Assembly: GCA_025453605.1 (NCBI GenBank) | Contig: JALOPZ010000001.1 | Location: 365,042 to 429,041, forward strand | DNA from: Candidatus Margulisiibacteriota bacterium | GTDB lineage: Bacteria > Margulisbacteria > WOR-1 > O2-12-FULL-45-9 > XYB2-FULL-48-7 | Direction: 5' to 3' | Length of the DNA stretch: 64,000 nucleotides | In this document: in pieces, positions 26,740-36,398 of the stretch | Layout of the letters: each line of letters begins with the position of its first letter | How positions within the stretch are numbered: position 1 is the stretch's first letter | Notes under the pieces: model-generated | The model's database searches: none | Told to the model about the DNA's origin: nothing | What the model saw: the letters and a program-made list of their open reading frames with translations, nothing else | Made by a program: the position numbers and the translations under genes

Positions 26740-26768
26740 TTGACTTTACCTTGTCCATCTGGCAATAT
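26740..26768 (+). promoter_or_regulatory. Sigma70-like promoter (TTGACT-17-CAATAT) for the major pilin gene
   Basis: -35 at 26740-26745 and -10 at 26763-26768. AAAGGGGGAG RBS. ATG at 26796. Confidence 0.5.
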
Positions 26769-26795
26769 TCATAGTAAGTAAAGGGGGAGTTATTC

Positions 26796-27227
26796 ATGAA
26801 TTTGAAAAAAGCTTTTTCGATCGTTGAGCTCCTGATCGTTATGGCCGTGATCGCGATCCTGGTCAGTATCGCTATCCCGAGCTTCCGGGCAATGCAGACC
26901 GAGGCTTGGAAAGCCAAAGCCCAGGGCGACGTCCGGGTCCTGAAGATCGCGCTGGAAAGCTACTTCAAGAACCACGGTTCGTTCCCGGCGGTCGCTAATT
27001 ACCAGACCACCCTGCTGGCAGAGACCCCGCCGGTGCTGGAATCAACTCTTTACGATCCGTTCGGCGCCAGCAGCACAACCGCTTATTCTTACGTTGTTTC
27101 CACCAGCGGCAAATATTACGCCGTCTATTCCGTCGGGTATGGCGGGACCGGCGCGCTGACCGTCGCGGACACCGGTGCCGTCGCCACAACGGCCGGCACC
27201 CCGATATACGCCACGAACGGCCGCTGA
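26796..27227 (+). CDS. Type IV pilin / pseudopilin (prepilin-type N-terminal cleavage/methylation domain), probable major pilin
   Basis: MNLKKAFSIVELLIVMAVIAILVSIAIP class-III signal with Glu+5. Unusual Ala (not Gly) at -1. Own strong promoter and RBS. Confidence 0.8.
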   Translation: MNLKKAFSIVELLIVMAVIAILVSIAIPSFRAMQTEAWKAKAQGDVRVLKIALESYFKNHGSFPAVANYQTTLLAETPPVLESTLYDPFGASSTTAYSYVVSTSGKYYAVYSVGYGGTGALTVADTGAVATTAGTPIYATNGR

Positions 27228-27242
27228 CCGCGTTCAGCCTGA

Positions 27243-27602
27243 ATGGTTAAACGGGGCTTTTCGCTTGTTGAGCTCCTGATCGCCGTTGCGCTGATCGTGA
27301 CCGCGCTGATCCCACTCCTCCAGGCGCTCGGCAGTACGCTGATCGCTTCTACTTCCTCCGTGACCGAAGCGACCGCCCTCAATCTGGCCGGCAATAAAAT
27401 GGAAGAGCTTAAAAGCTTGACCTTCGCCGCACTCACGGCCGAAGCGAAAAGCTCCCTCCCCAACCAACCAAACCTGCAGCGCTCGGTCAGCGTTGACTCG
27501 CCGGCCGTCAATCTGAAACGTGTCGCTGTGACCGTCTCCTGGGCAACGGCGGCCAGCAGCGAAAGCGCCGTTACCCTGGAAACCTATGTCGCGAATTTCT
27601 AA
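27243..27602 (+). CDS. Minor pilin with prepilin-type N-terminal domain
   Basis: KRGFSLVELLIAVALIV signal. Confidence 0.75.
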   Translation: MVKRGFSLVELLIAVALIVTALIPLLQALGSTLIASTSSVTEATALNLAGNKMEELKSLTFAALTAEAKSSLPNQPNLQRSVSVDSPAVNLKRVAVTVSWATAASSESAVTLETYVANF

Positions 27603-28065
27603 AGGCTTTACCCTGGTCGAGGTGCTCCTCGCCTCCCTCCTCTCCGGCCTCCTGATCGTACTCGTCATCTCCGCTTATTTGGCCGGCGCCCGGCTCTTTG
27701 AGAATGAGCTCAGCCAGTCGGATCTTTTCTGGTCGGGCCAGCAGGCAGCCGAGACCATGGCCGCTCGGATCAGGGAGAGCCAGGCGGCGACCGATCCACA
27801 GAGCGATCGGCTCACCCTCTGGTGGCGCGACCTGGACAACGACGCTTCGGCCGAAGCCGACGAACTGCTCACCTATTCGGTTTCCGGCGAAAGTTTGCTG
27901 GAAACCACGGGCGGGACCGGCCGCGGTCTGGCCAGAGCCGTCCACTCACTGGTCTTTTCCTACGACGGCCTGACCGACCCCAAACTGGTCACCGCGACCC
28001 TGACCTTGAGCAGCGAAAGCACGGTCATCACGATCGAGTCGGTCGCCCGGATCAGAAATCAATGA
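27586..28065 (+). CDS. Minor pilin with prepilin-type N-terminal domain (PilW/GspJ-like)
   Basis: SKGFTLVEVLLASLLSGLLIV signal. ATGA overlap with the next gene. Confidence 0.75.
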   Translation: MSRISKGFTLVEVLLASLLSGLLIVLVISAYLAGARLFENELSQSDLFWSGQQAAETMAARIRESQAATDPQSDRLTLWWRDLDNDASAEADELLTYSVSGESLLETTGGTGRGLARAVHSLVFSYDGLTDPKLVTATLTLSSESTVITIESVARIRNQ

Positions 28066-29222
28066 TGAAAAAGGGGAACATCTTACCGCTTACGTTCATC
28101 CTGATCAGCGCCCTGGCGGCGATCGTCTTTAGTTACTCCTACCTGACGGTCACCAGCCTGAAAAACAGCGGCCGCGCCGTCAGCCAGGCGCAAGCCCTCT
28201 GTCTGGCCGAAGCCGGCCTGGCGAAAGCGACCTGGTATTTGATGACGCCGGTCGTATCCGGCGGCAAGGGAATAACCTGGCGAACGCCGGGGACGACCGA
28301 AAGTTTCGCCGGCGGCAGTTATACCCTGCGGATCAACGACCCCTCCAGCGGTAATATTCTGATCACGGCAGAAGGGACGGTTGGCAGCGTCAACCGGGTG
28401 ATCCAGGCTGAATATAACCAGTACCCGGCCGCCGTTAAGTACGGGATCTTCGGCAGTAATTACCTTGGGATCGGCGATCGCACCCGGGTCAGGGGGGATA
28501 TCTACAATAATGGCGATGTTCAGATCGATCCGGGCGCTATTGTTTCCGGCGAAGTGGTCGTGACCCCCGGGCACTCGATCTCCGGCGGCGGCACCTGGAC
28601 TCCGGGCTCCCTCCCAGCAGACCCGCCCGCCTTCCCCTGGCTGGACACCACCTACTACGATGCCGAGATCGCCGCCGCCGCTGCCCAGAACTTAAACATC
28701 AATAAATATTATTACGGGACGGTCAATCTCGCCGGCGGCAAGCTCTACGACAAGAACAACATGACCATCTATGGGACCATCGTCGGTCCGGGTGTGATCG
28801 CCGCCGCCTATGATCTGACAATTAAGTTCGGGGCGACGATCGACCAGCGCGTTACGCTGATCGCCGGACGCAATTTGAAGTTCGAGAACAGCATCAGCCT
28901 CGGCGGTGACAGCACGATGTTCGGCCGCACCAGCATCTCCTTTTTCGACAACATCGCCATTGCCAACCGGGTCTCCCTGCTTTCCCCAAATCTGGTCTCA
29001 ATTGGCAACTGGCAAACCATCAATGGTATAATCTACGGCGGTCAGGTTTCCATCGGCAATCACAGCGTGGTCAGGGGGAATTTGATCGGCGGGGCGACCG
29101 GCGCTGTTAGCCTGGGGGATGATTCATATTTCTCCTTTGATCCGATCAGGCGGCCCAGCACGCCACCCCCGGGGCTGGACACCAGTTTTTCGTTCCGGAA
29201 CGGCTCCTGGAAGGAATTATAA
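28062..29222 (+). CDS. PilX-like large minor pilin / pilus tip protein with a repetitive C-terminal region
   Basis: N-terminal hydrophobic segment, then AQALCLAEAGLAKA (the PilX_N A-x-AL-x-AEAG motif). C-terminus rich in G-x-I/V repeats, suggesting a beta-helix. Confidence 0.6.
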   Translation: MMKKGNILPLTFILISALAAIVFSYSYLTVTSLKNSGRAVSQAQALCLAEAGLAKATWYLMTPVVSGGKGITWRTPGTTESFAGGSYTLRINDPSSGNILITAEGTVGSVNRVIQAEYNQYPAAVKYGIFGSNYLGIGDRTRVRGDIYNNGDVQIDPGAIVSGEVVVTPGHSISGGGTWTPGSLPADPPAFPWLDTTYYDAEIAAAAAQNLNINKYYYGTVNLAGGKLYDKNNMTIYGTIVGPGVIAAAYDLTIKFGATIDQRVTLIAGRNLKFENSISLGGDSTMFGRTSISFFDNIAIANRVSLLSPNLVSIGNWQTINGIIYGGQVSIGNHSVVRGNLIGGATGAVSLGDDSYFSFDPIRRPSTPPPGLDTSFSFRNGSWKEL

Positions 29223-30778
29223 TGCTCGGACTGGACATTGGCGATAAACGGATCAAAATAGTTGAGCTCAAGGAGATGCCGGCCGGTCCGACCCTGACCG
29301 GCTACGCCATCAGCGAGGTCCTGATCAAGATGGAGGGAGAAGACCAGTCTCAGGCCCTCGCCCGCACGATCGCCACCGCCGTTAAGGCCCACCGTCTGGA
29401 AGGGAAAGAAGTCTTTTCCGTTATTTCCGGCCCCAAAGTCCAGACCAGGCGGCTCTCCCTGCCGCACATGCCGCCGCAGGAGCTGAGCCAGGCCGTGGTC
29501 TGGGAAGCCAAGAACTTTATCTCTTTTCCGGTAGAGAACGCCGTTATCGACCACTACGTGCTGGATAAAGCGCCCGGTCAGGGAGACAAGCTCGATGTCA
29601 TCGTCGTGGCGGTCGAGGCCGACACCCTGAAAAAACACGTCGCCACGATCGAAGCGGCCGGTCTCAAGTGCAGCGGCGTGACGATCCCGCCGTTCGCCAT
29701 TCTGGAAACCGTCAAGCTCCTCCCTCAGGTCGTCAAGTCCGACCTGGTCGCGCTGATCGACTGGGGAGAGCGGACGGCCAGCCTGAATATTTTCCGCAAC
29801 GACCTGCTCCTCTTCACCCGCGAGATCACCCTGGCCGGCGCCGACATCACCGGCGCGATCGCCAAGGAGCTCGCGCTCGACCTGCCCGCTGCCGAGAACC
29901 TCAAGACTAACTGCGGTCTGCCGGCCCGCGACGACCTCTCGCAAACCTGCGAAGGGATCGCCCTGCCGGTCATCCGTGAGGCGATGGTCACCATCCTGAC
30001 CCGGCTGCAGAACGAGATCGTTTCGTCGTTCGATTATTTTCGCGAGCATTTCGGCGACGAGAAGGTCGCCCGGATCTTCCTCTCGGGCGGTTCCAGCAAA
30101 CTGAAGAACGTCGAGGACCATCTGAGCGCGGAGCTCGGCACCCTGGTCACGGTTGTCGATCCGACCAAGGTCGTCCGCCTTGATCCGGGGCTCGACCTAG
30201 CCGCGCTGAACGGCGACGCCCCCTTTCTGACCCTGGCGATCGGGGCGGTCCTCGGCCGGGAGCGGGAGATCAATTTCCTGAAGATCAAAGAAAAGAAAAC
30301 GAACTCGCCGGTTAATTTTGTCTCTCAGCTGCTCGACCGCATCCAGATCCCCAACGCCTCGATCATTGCCGCCCTGTTCCTGCTGGCGGCCCTGCTGGTC
30401 GGCTTTAATTTCTACCTGAACTGGACGATCGAGGACACCCGCAAGGAGCTTAGCGTCAAGAGCCTGAAATTGAGCCAGCTGGTCAAGTACCGCGACCGCA
30501 AGATCGCTTTCCAGGACATCACCAACAAGGAGATCGACGTCAAGCAGCTGCTCGTCCGGGTCGACACTCTGATGCCCAAGAGCCTCTCACTCGCCTATTT
30601 TCTCTTTGATAACAGCAAAGGGGAGGTCGAGATCGCCGGCGAAAGCGAGAATCCGCAACCGGTCTCCGATTTCTCGAAAAAACTGGAAGATTCACCCTAC
30701 TTCCACAAGATCCGGCTGATCGAGATCAAAAAAGTCGGTCTCGTGACCACTTTTCGGATCGGTTTTCAGGTCAATTAA
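29222..30778 (+). CDS. PilM-PilN fusion protein (actin-like ATPase fold plus TM/coiled-coil PilN)
   Basis: N-terminal MLGLDIGDKRIKIVEL... (PilM/FtsA-like). The C-terminal third has a single TM (IIAALFLLAALLVGFNFYL) and a coiled coil, like PilN. Confidence 0.8.
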   Translation: MLGLDIGDKRIKIVELKEMPAGPTLTGYAISEVLIKMEGEDQSQALARTIATAVKAHRLEGKEVFSVISGPKVQTRRLSLPHMPPQELSQAVVWEAKNFISFPVENAVIDHYVLDKAPGQGDKLDVIVVAVEADTLKKHVATIEAAGLKCSGVTIPPFAILETVKLLPQVVKSDLVALIDWGERTASLNIFRNDLLLFTREITLAGADITGAIAKELALDLPAAENLKTNCGLPARDDLSQTCEGIALPVIREAMVTILTRLQNEIVSSFDYFREHFGDEKVARIFLSGGSSKLKNVEDHLSAELGTLVTVVDPTKVVRLDPGLDLAALNGDAPFLTLAIGAVLGREREINFLKIKEKKTNSPVNFVSQLLDRIQIPNASIIAALFLLAALLVGFNFYLNWTIEDTRKELSVKSLKLSQLVKYRDRKIAFQDITNKEIDVKQLLVRVDTLMPKSLSLAYFLFDNSKGEVEIAGESENPQPVSDFSKKLEDSPYFHKIRLIEIKKVGLVTTFRIGFQVN

Positions 30779-30780
30779 CC

Positions 30781-31641
30781 ATGCTGAAAGAAAAAATAAT
30801 TAAGATCAGTACCCTGGGCCTGATCCTGCTGCTCGGTTTCATGCTCTATCGCGTTTTTATCATCCCCAAGCGCGAAGGGATCAAGAACCTGAAGCGGTCG
30901 CTCAAGAACATCGAGTTCCAGATGAACCGCTTCCTCGGCGAGGAGGTGGCGCAGCGCGGCGGGTCAATGGAAAAAGACCAGCTCGAACAGGAACTGGCCA
31001 AACTGGTCTCACGGATCCCGTCCGAGCGGGACCTGCCGCGGATCATCGACCAGATCCTGATCCAGGCCGGTAAGGGATTAAAGATCGAATACACGCGGAT
31101 CGAGCCGAAGGAGTCCAAGCGTGAGGGAAGCTACCTTAATTTACCGATCGAGATCGAGTTCCTTTGTTCCTACCAGGACTTGTTCACTTATCTGACCCAG
31201 CTCAAGGCGCTCCCCGAGGTGACCGTGACCAACGCCCTCGACCTGCGGCGGCTCCCCGACCAGCCTGACCGGCTGGCGGTCCGGCTCCTCCTCTCCGCCT
31301 TTGTCGTTCCCGAAGAAGAGGAGGAACGGGCCACAGCGATCAACCAGGAACTTCCGGCGGGGACCCCGAGCCTAAATCCGTTCAAGCCCCGCTATGCCCC
31401 CGCTGCCACCAGTTCCGCCCCCCTTCCGGTCAAGGTCGCCTCGACCGACACGACCTCGCGGCCAGCAGAGGTCATGACCCTGGAGGGGATCGTTAAAGGA
31501 GAGTTCAGCGCGGCGCTGATCAACGGGCAAGTCATCTATGTCGGTGATAAATATAACGGGTACGAGCTGATCAATATCCGGCAAAACAGCGCGATCCTCC
31601 GCAAAGGGGGGCGCACCATCACCCTGCAGCAGAAGGATTAG
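30781..31641 (+). CDS. PilO-like protein with a C-terminal PilP-like beta domain (fusion)
   Basis: TM plus coiled coil plus the GLKIEYTRIEP PilO core. The C-terminal LEGIVKGEFSAALINGQVIYVGDKYNGYELINIRQNSAILRKGGRTITL resembles the PilP beta-sandwich. Confidence 0.6.
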   Translation: MLKEKIIKISTLGLILLLGFMLYRVFIIPKREGIKNLKRSLKNIEFQMNRFLGEEVAQRGGSMEKDQLEQELAKLVSRIPSERDLPRIIDQILIQAGKGLKIEYTRIEPKESKREGSYLNLPIEIEFLCSYQDLFTYLTQLKALPEVTVTNALDLRRLPDQPDRLAVRLLLSAFVVPEEEEERATAINQELPAGTPSLNPFKPRYAPAATSSAPLPVKVASTDTTSRPAEVMTLEGIVKGEFSAALINGQVIYVGDKYNGYELINIRQNSAILRKGGRTITLQQKD

Positions 31642-33773
31642 CTGACGGTCAGACTGCCGTCCCGGTGGCGGTCACGTAGTTCCGCGATCTTCCCCTTGTT
31701 CCACCCCGGCACCCGCGAAAAATAACCGGTGATCCGCGTGATCCCTTCGATGTTGGCCGAACTGCAGGCGGGACAGGCCGCATGCAGGCCGCGAGCAGTC
31801 CGCCCGCAGTCGGCGCAGGCGGTGAACTCTGGCGAAAAGGCGATCTGGCCGTTCAGCGTGGTCCGGAAAGTCTTGATCACGAAATTGGCGATCGACTCCG
31901 CATTCGGCCGGGCTTCGCCGAGCCAGATGTGGGTCAGCGCGCCGGCATCGATCAGCGGGTGGAATATCCCCTCCTGCCGGACCCGGTCGATCGGGCTCAT
32001 CTGGTGGCTGACGTTAAAATAGGTCGAGTTGGTGTAATAGATCTCTGCCGTGCCGGGATTCCCCTTCAGGACCTGGCCGGCCTGTTCCGGAAAATGCTCG
32101 CGGTCGAGCCGGGCAAAGCGGTAGGCGGTCGATTCCGCCGGCGTCTGCTCCAGAACAAAATGGAGGTCGTACTTCTCCGACAGCTCCTGGCATTTTAGCT
32201 TCATGAAAGAGATGACCTTGAGGCCAAGCTTGAGCGCGTCCGGCCCTTCGTGCAGCTCCTTACCCAGGTGATACTGGACCAGTTCGTTGAGGCCGAGGAT
32301 CCCGATCAGGTGCGTGACGCGCCGCAGGCGCAGGTACATCTCCCCGTCGCGCTTGGTCGCCAGGAGCGAAAGCGGCCCGTCCGCTCCCTCTTTGAGCAGC
32401 GCTTCGATAAAGTTCCGTTTCTCGCGGTGGGCCTGGGCGGCGATCCGCAGTTTCTGTTCGATCTCCTGAAAAAGGCGGTCGTCATCGTGATCGGCGACAT
32501 AAGCCGCCCGCGGCAGGTTGATCGTTACGTTCTGGATCGCCGAGTAGCGCATCCGCCACGGCTCTTTGGCGTCCTGCAGATCGGAGTATTCCAGCTTGAA
32601 CGCCAGCCGGCAGCACTCGGAGATCTTGGCCGTTTCGCCCCGGTCAAAAACAAAGTAGGTGTTCCCCTTTTCCGCGGCGACCTCGCAGATCAGCCGGAGG
32701 AATTCCTCGTGCCCCGGGGTCTGGAAGAATTTTTCCGTCATGTGGACGAGCGGTTTGGGAAAAAAGAACGGCCGGCCCGCCCCATCGCCTTCCAGGTAGA
32801 CCTCGAACATCGCGGTAGCGAACTGCTGGGCCAGGTGATTGTAAGCGGCGTAAGTTTTGCCGGTGTAGACCCCGCCCGCCCCCATCGCCGGGACCGCTTC
32901 AAAGTGCTTGGGCGTTTCCCAGTAAATATTCAAATCGGAAAACAGCCCCTGGCCGCCGCGGGAAACGGCCACCGTGGCGAATTCGTAGATCAGTTTGCGG
33001 GCCAGTTTCTTTATCTCTTCGTAGGTCAGCCCCTCCAGCAGCGGCGAGAGGAAGAGGTTGACCGCGTCCCAGCCGATCGCCCCGGCAAAATGGCCATGCA
33101 GCGCGACGGAGAACTTGACGATCTGCGAGATCAGCGCGTCGGCATCCTGCGCCGGCTTCTCCGCCTTGCCGGCATCCGGCAGATCGAGCCCGAACTTCTT
33201 GACGAACTCGATCGACTGCCCGCTGCAGTACGGCCGGTCGACAAAGCCGAGGTCGTGCAGGTGGATCTCCCCCGCCATGTGGGCGTCAGCGACCGGGAGG
33301 GAAAAGACGCTGAGGAGGGCGTACTCCTTTTTGATGTTCTCGGCGAGCGTCAGGTTGGTCGCTTCCGGCGAATGCGGCGAGTTGGCGTTCTCCTTGTTCT
33401 TGTGGAAGATGATCCGGTTAACGTCGTAGACCGGCACGCCCAGGCGGGTATGCTTGCGTCGCGCGTCCTCCAGCCCGTACTCCAGCAGCTTGACGTCGAC
33501 CAGCTCGCGGATCAGCGGCGCGGTGATGTTGCGGACCGCCATCGCTTTGATCTGCTTCTCCACCTCAATAGCGATGATCCCGGCGATCTCCGGATTAAGA
33601 CCGGTCTCCTTGTGGAGCGCGGCGACAATCTTCTCTTTGTCCCAGGCGATGATGTCGTCGGTCGACGTCCGGACAAAGACCGACAGGTCGGTCGCTTCTT
33701 CCGCCGGCGCCTCCGCCGGCCGTCGGTTAATTGTTGTTAAGCTGCCCACTCCGGTACCTGTCTTTGAGCTCAC
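31638..33773 (-). CDS. nrdD: Anaerobic ribonucleoside-triphosphate reductase (class III) paralog 1
   Basis: About 710 aa. C-terminal Zn ribbon CADCGRTARGLHAACPACSS followed by the glycyl-radical motif RITGYFSR. Adjacent nrdR. The start overlaps the paralog's 3' end, so it may lie further downstream. Confidence 0.85.
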   Translation of the reverse strand: MSSKTGTGVGSLTTINRRPAEAPAEEATDLSVFVRTSTDDIIAWDKEKIVAALHKETGLNPEIAGIIAIEVEKQIKAMAVRNITAPLIRELVDVKLLEYGLEDARRKHTRLGVPVYDVNRIIFHKNKENANSPHSPEATNLTLAENIKKEYALLSVFSLPVADAHMAGEIHLHDLGFVDRPYCSGQSIEFVKKFGLDLPDAGKAEKPAQDADALISQIVKFSVALHGHFAGAIGWDAVNLFLSPLLEGLTYEEIKKLARKLIYEFATVAVSRGGQGLFSDLNIYWETPKHFEAVPAMGAGGVYTGKTYAAYNHLAQQFATAMFEVYLEGDGAGRPFFFPKPLVHMTEKFFQTPGHEEFLRLICEVAAEKGNTYFVFDRGETAKISECCRLAFKLEYSDLQDAKEPWRMRYSAIQNVTINLPRAAYVADHDDDRLFQEIEQKLRIAAQAHREKRNFIEALLKEGADGPLSLLATKRDGEMYLRLRRVTHLIGILGLNELVQYHLGKELHEGPDALKLGLKVISFMKLKCQELSEKYDLHFVLEQTPAESTAYRFARLDREHFPEQAGQVLKGNPGTAEIYYTNSTYFNVSHQMSPIDRVRQEGIFHPLIDAGALTHIWLGEARPNAESIANFVIKTFRTTLNGQIAFSPEFTACADCGRTARGLHAACPACSSANIEGITRITGYFSRVPGWNKGKIAELRDRHRDGSLTVS

Positions 33774-35862
33774 CGGTCTTGCCTCGGTTCCAGCCGGGGA
33801 TCCGGGAGAAATACCCGGTGATCCGGGTTATCCCCTCGATATTGCTCGAGCTGCAGCTCGGGCAGGCGTCCTTCAGGCCGCGCGTGATCTTGCCGCACGC
33901 ATTGCAGGAGGTGAACTCCGGCGAAAAAGCGATCTGACCGTTCTGCGTGGTGCGAAACGTCTTGGTCACGAAATTGGCGATCGATTCGGGGTTCGGGCGG
34001 CTCTCGCCGAGCCAGACGTGGGTCAGCGCCCCGGCATCGATCAGCGGATGGAACATCCCCTCCTGGCGGACCCGGTCGATCGGGTTCATCGGGTGGCTGA
34101 CGTTGAAGTAGGTCGAGTTGGTGTAGTAGATCTCGTTCGTCTCCCGGTGCCCTTTGACGACCCGGTCGGCAAAGCGCGGGAAATGCTCCTTGTCGAGCTT
34201 GGCAAAGCGGTAAGCGGTCGACTCGGCCGGCGTCTGCTCCAGGACAAAGTGCATGCTGTAGCGTTTGGAGAGCTCCTCGCACTTGAGCTTCATGAACGAG
34301 ATGACCTTGAGGCCAAGCTTGAGCGCGTCCGGCCCTTCGTGCAGCTCCTTGCCCAGATGCGCCTGGACCAGCTCGTTGAGGCCGAGGATGCCGACCAGGT
34401 AGCTGACGCGCCACATTCTTAAATAGGGCTGGCCGTCGCGCTGCATCGCCAGAAGCGAGAGCGGCCCGCGCTGCCCGGCAGCCATGATCTCGTCAATGAA
34501 CTTCTTCTTCTGCAGATGCGCCCGGGCGACCATCTCCAGCGCCTGGTCGATCAGGTCGAACAGCCGGCTGGTCGAGCCGCTCGCCTTAAAGGCGAGGCGC
34601 GGCAGATTGATCGTCACGTTCTGCAGCGCCGAATAGCGCATCCGCCACGGCTCTTTGGCGTCGTCAAGGTCCGATTGCTCCAGCTTGAACGAAAGCCGGC
34701 AGCATTCGGAGATCTTGGCGGTCTCCCCCCGGTCGAACACAAAATAGGTATTCCCCATCCCGGCGGCGCACTCGGAGATATGCAGCAGGAATTCTTCGTG
34801 CCGCGGCGTGTTGAAGAATTTTTCGGTCATGTGCACGAGCGGTTTGGGAAAGAAGAACGGCCGCCCGGAACCATCTCCGGCCTTATATACATTAAAGAGC
34901 GCCCAGACAAACCGCTGCGCTTCATCCAGATAATCGCCGTACTTTTTCCCGGTGTAGGTCCCGCCCGGCCCGATCGCCGGCACGTTCTCAAAGTGTTTGG
35001 GGATCTCCCAGTAAAGGTTGATGTCGGAAAAGATCGCCTGGCCGCCGCGGGCGACCGCCTGCTGGCTGTACTCGTAGATCATCATCTGGGCGATCTGCTC
35101 GATCTCGCTGTCGGACATGCCGACCAGGAACGGCGCAAAGAAGAGGTTGACGGCGTCCCAGCCGATCGCGCCGGCAAAGACCCCCTGGAGCGCGGCGGAG
35201 AATTTGACCATCTGCGCCAGGAGCACTTCGGCGTGCCGGGCCGGCTTGGCGATGGAGAGAGCATTAGGCAGGTCGAGGCCGAATTTTTTAACGTATTCCA
35301 CCGACTGGCCGCTGCAATACGGCCGGTCGATGAACCCGAGATCGTGCAGGTGCAGGTCGCCGCGCATGTGGGCATCGGCGATATCCTGGGTAAAAACGGA
35401 CAACAGGGCGAACTCTTTCTTGATGTTCTCGGCCAGCGTCAGGTTGGTCGCCTCCGGCCCGTGCGGCACGTTGGCGTTCTCTTTGTTCGGGTTGAAAATG
35501 ATGTTCCTGACGTCGTAGAGCGGCGAACCGAGCCGGGTGTGCCGCCGGCGCGCCTCTTCCAGGCCGTATTCCAGCAGTTTGACATCGACCAGTTCGCGGA
35601 TCAACGGCGCGGTGATATTCTTGATCTTCATCGAGCGGATCTGGTTCTCGACCTCGACCCCGATCTCTTCGGCCAGCTCGCGGTTCAGCTCCGTCTCCTT
35701 GATCAGGGCCTCGACGATCTTTTCCCGGCTCCAGCCGACAATATCATCGCCGGAGGTCCGGACAAATAATGACAGATCGGTCGAATCCGGCCGGCCGGCC
35801 GGCGGGTCACTCACTTTTTTCTCAGCCATGGTCTGGGTCATCTTATTACCTCCCTCTTTCAT
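33727..35862 (-). CDS. nrdD: Anaerobic ribonucleoside-triphosphate reductase (class III) paralog 2
   Basis: About 75% identical to paralog 1, with the same C-terminal CNACGKITRGLKDACPSCSS and RITGYFSR motifs. An identical 53-nt tract is shared with paralog 1. Confidence 0.85.
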   Translation of the reverse strand: MKEGGNKMTQTMAEKKVSDPPAGRPDSTDLSLFVRTSGDDIVGWSREKIVEALIKETELNRELAEEIGVEVENQIRSMKIKNITAPLIRELVDVKLLEYGLEEARRRHTRLGSPLYDVRNIIFNPNKENANVPHGPEATNLTLAENIKKEFALLSVFTQDIADAHMRGDLHLHDLGFIDRPYCSGQSVEYVKKFGLDLPNALSIAKPARHAEVLLAQMVKFSAALQGVFAGAIGWDAVNLFFAPFLVGMSDSEIEQIAQMMIYEYSQQAVARGGQAIFSDINLYWEIPKHFENVPAIGPGGTYTGKKYGDYLDEAQRFVWALFNVYKAGDGSGRPFFFPKPLVHMTEKFFNTPRHEEFLLHISECAAGMGNTYFVFDRGETAKISECCRLSFKLEQSDLDDAKEPWRMRYSALQNVTINLPRLAFKASGSTSRLFDLIDQALEMVARAHLQKKKFIDEIMAAGQRGPLSLLAMQRDGQPYLRMWRVSYLVGILGLNELVQAHLGKELHEGPDALKLGLKVISFMKLKCEELSKRYSMHFVLEQTPAESTAYRFAKLDKEHFPRFADRVVKGHRETNEIYYTNSTYFNVSHPMNPIDRVRQEGMFHPLIDAGALTHVWLGESRPNPESIANFVTKTFRTTQNGQIAFSPEFTSCNACGKITRGLKDACPSCSSSNIEGITRITGYFSRIPGWNRGKTGELKDRYRSGQLNNN

Positions 35863-35870
35863 CTGCCCGA

Positions 35871-36332
35871 CTATTCGACGGGCGCCGCCGTTAACTCTTT
35901 AACTTCTTTAAGAAACTCGGACACGTGCTCGAACTTGCGGTAGACCGAAGCGAACCGGACGTACGCCACCTTGTCGACCGCCTGCATTTTTTCCATGATC
36001 AATTCGCCGATCTTGGAGCTTTGGACCTCGCGGCCCGCTTCGCGGTGGATCTCGCGCTCGATCTCGTCAACGATCGTCTCGATCGTCTCCAGCGAGACCG
36101 GGCGTTTCTGGCAGGCGTGCAGGATCCCGCGAATGACCTTGTCCCGGTTGAACTGCTCGCGCCGGCCGTCCCGCTTGATCACCATGATCGGGCGCTCCTC
36201 GATCCGCTCGTAAGAGGTAAAACGGCCCCGGCAGGAGAGACATTCGCGGCGGCGGCGGATAACCATCCCTTCGTCAACTTCGCGCGACTCCAAGACCTTA
36301 TCTTCAATTGTGTCACAGAATGGGCATTTCAT
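35871..36332 (-). CDS. nrdR: Transcriptional repressor NrdR
   Basis: MKCPFCDTIEDKVLESR...CLSCRGRFTSYE zinc ribbon plus an ATP-cone. Confidence 0.9.
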   Translation of the reverse strand: MKCPFCDTIEDKVLESREVDEGMVIRRRRECLSCRGRFTSYERIEERPIMVIKRDGRREQFNRDKVIRGILHACQKRPVSLETIETIVDEIEREIHREAGREVQSSKIGELIMEKMQAVDKVAYVRFASVYRKFEHVSEFLKEVKELTAAPVE

Positions 36333-36339
36333 ATAGATT

Positions 36340-36375
36340 TAGGGTGAGTGAGAGATTAACACACCATATCTGGGG
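36340..36375 (-). promoter_or_regulatory. nrdR-nrdD promoter (TTGACA-17-TGTTAATCT) with a candidate NrdR half-box ACACCATAT
   Basis: The minus-strand reading is CTCTTGACAcccccagatatggtgTGTTAATCT. Only a partial match to the acaCwAtATaTwGtgt consensus. Confidence 0.35.
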
Positions 36376-36398
36376 GTGTCAAGAGCCTTTTTTGTCGT

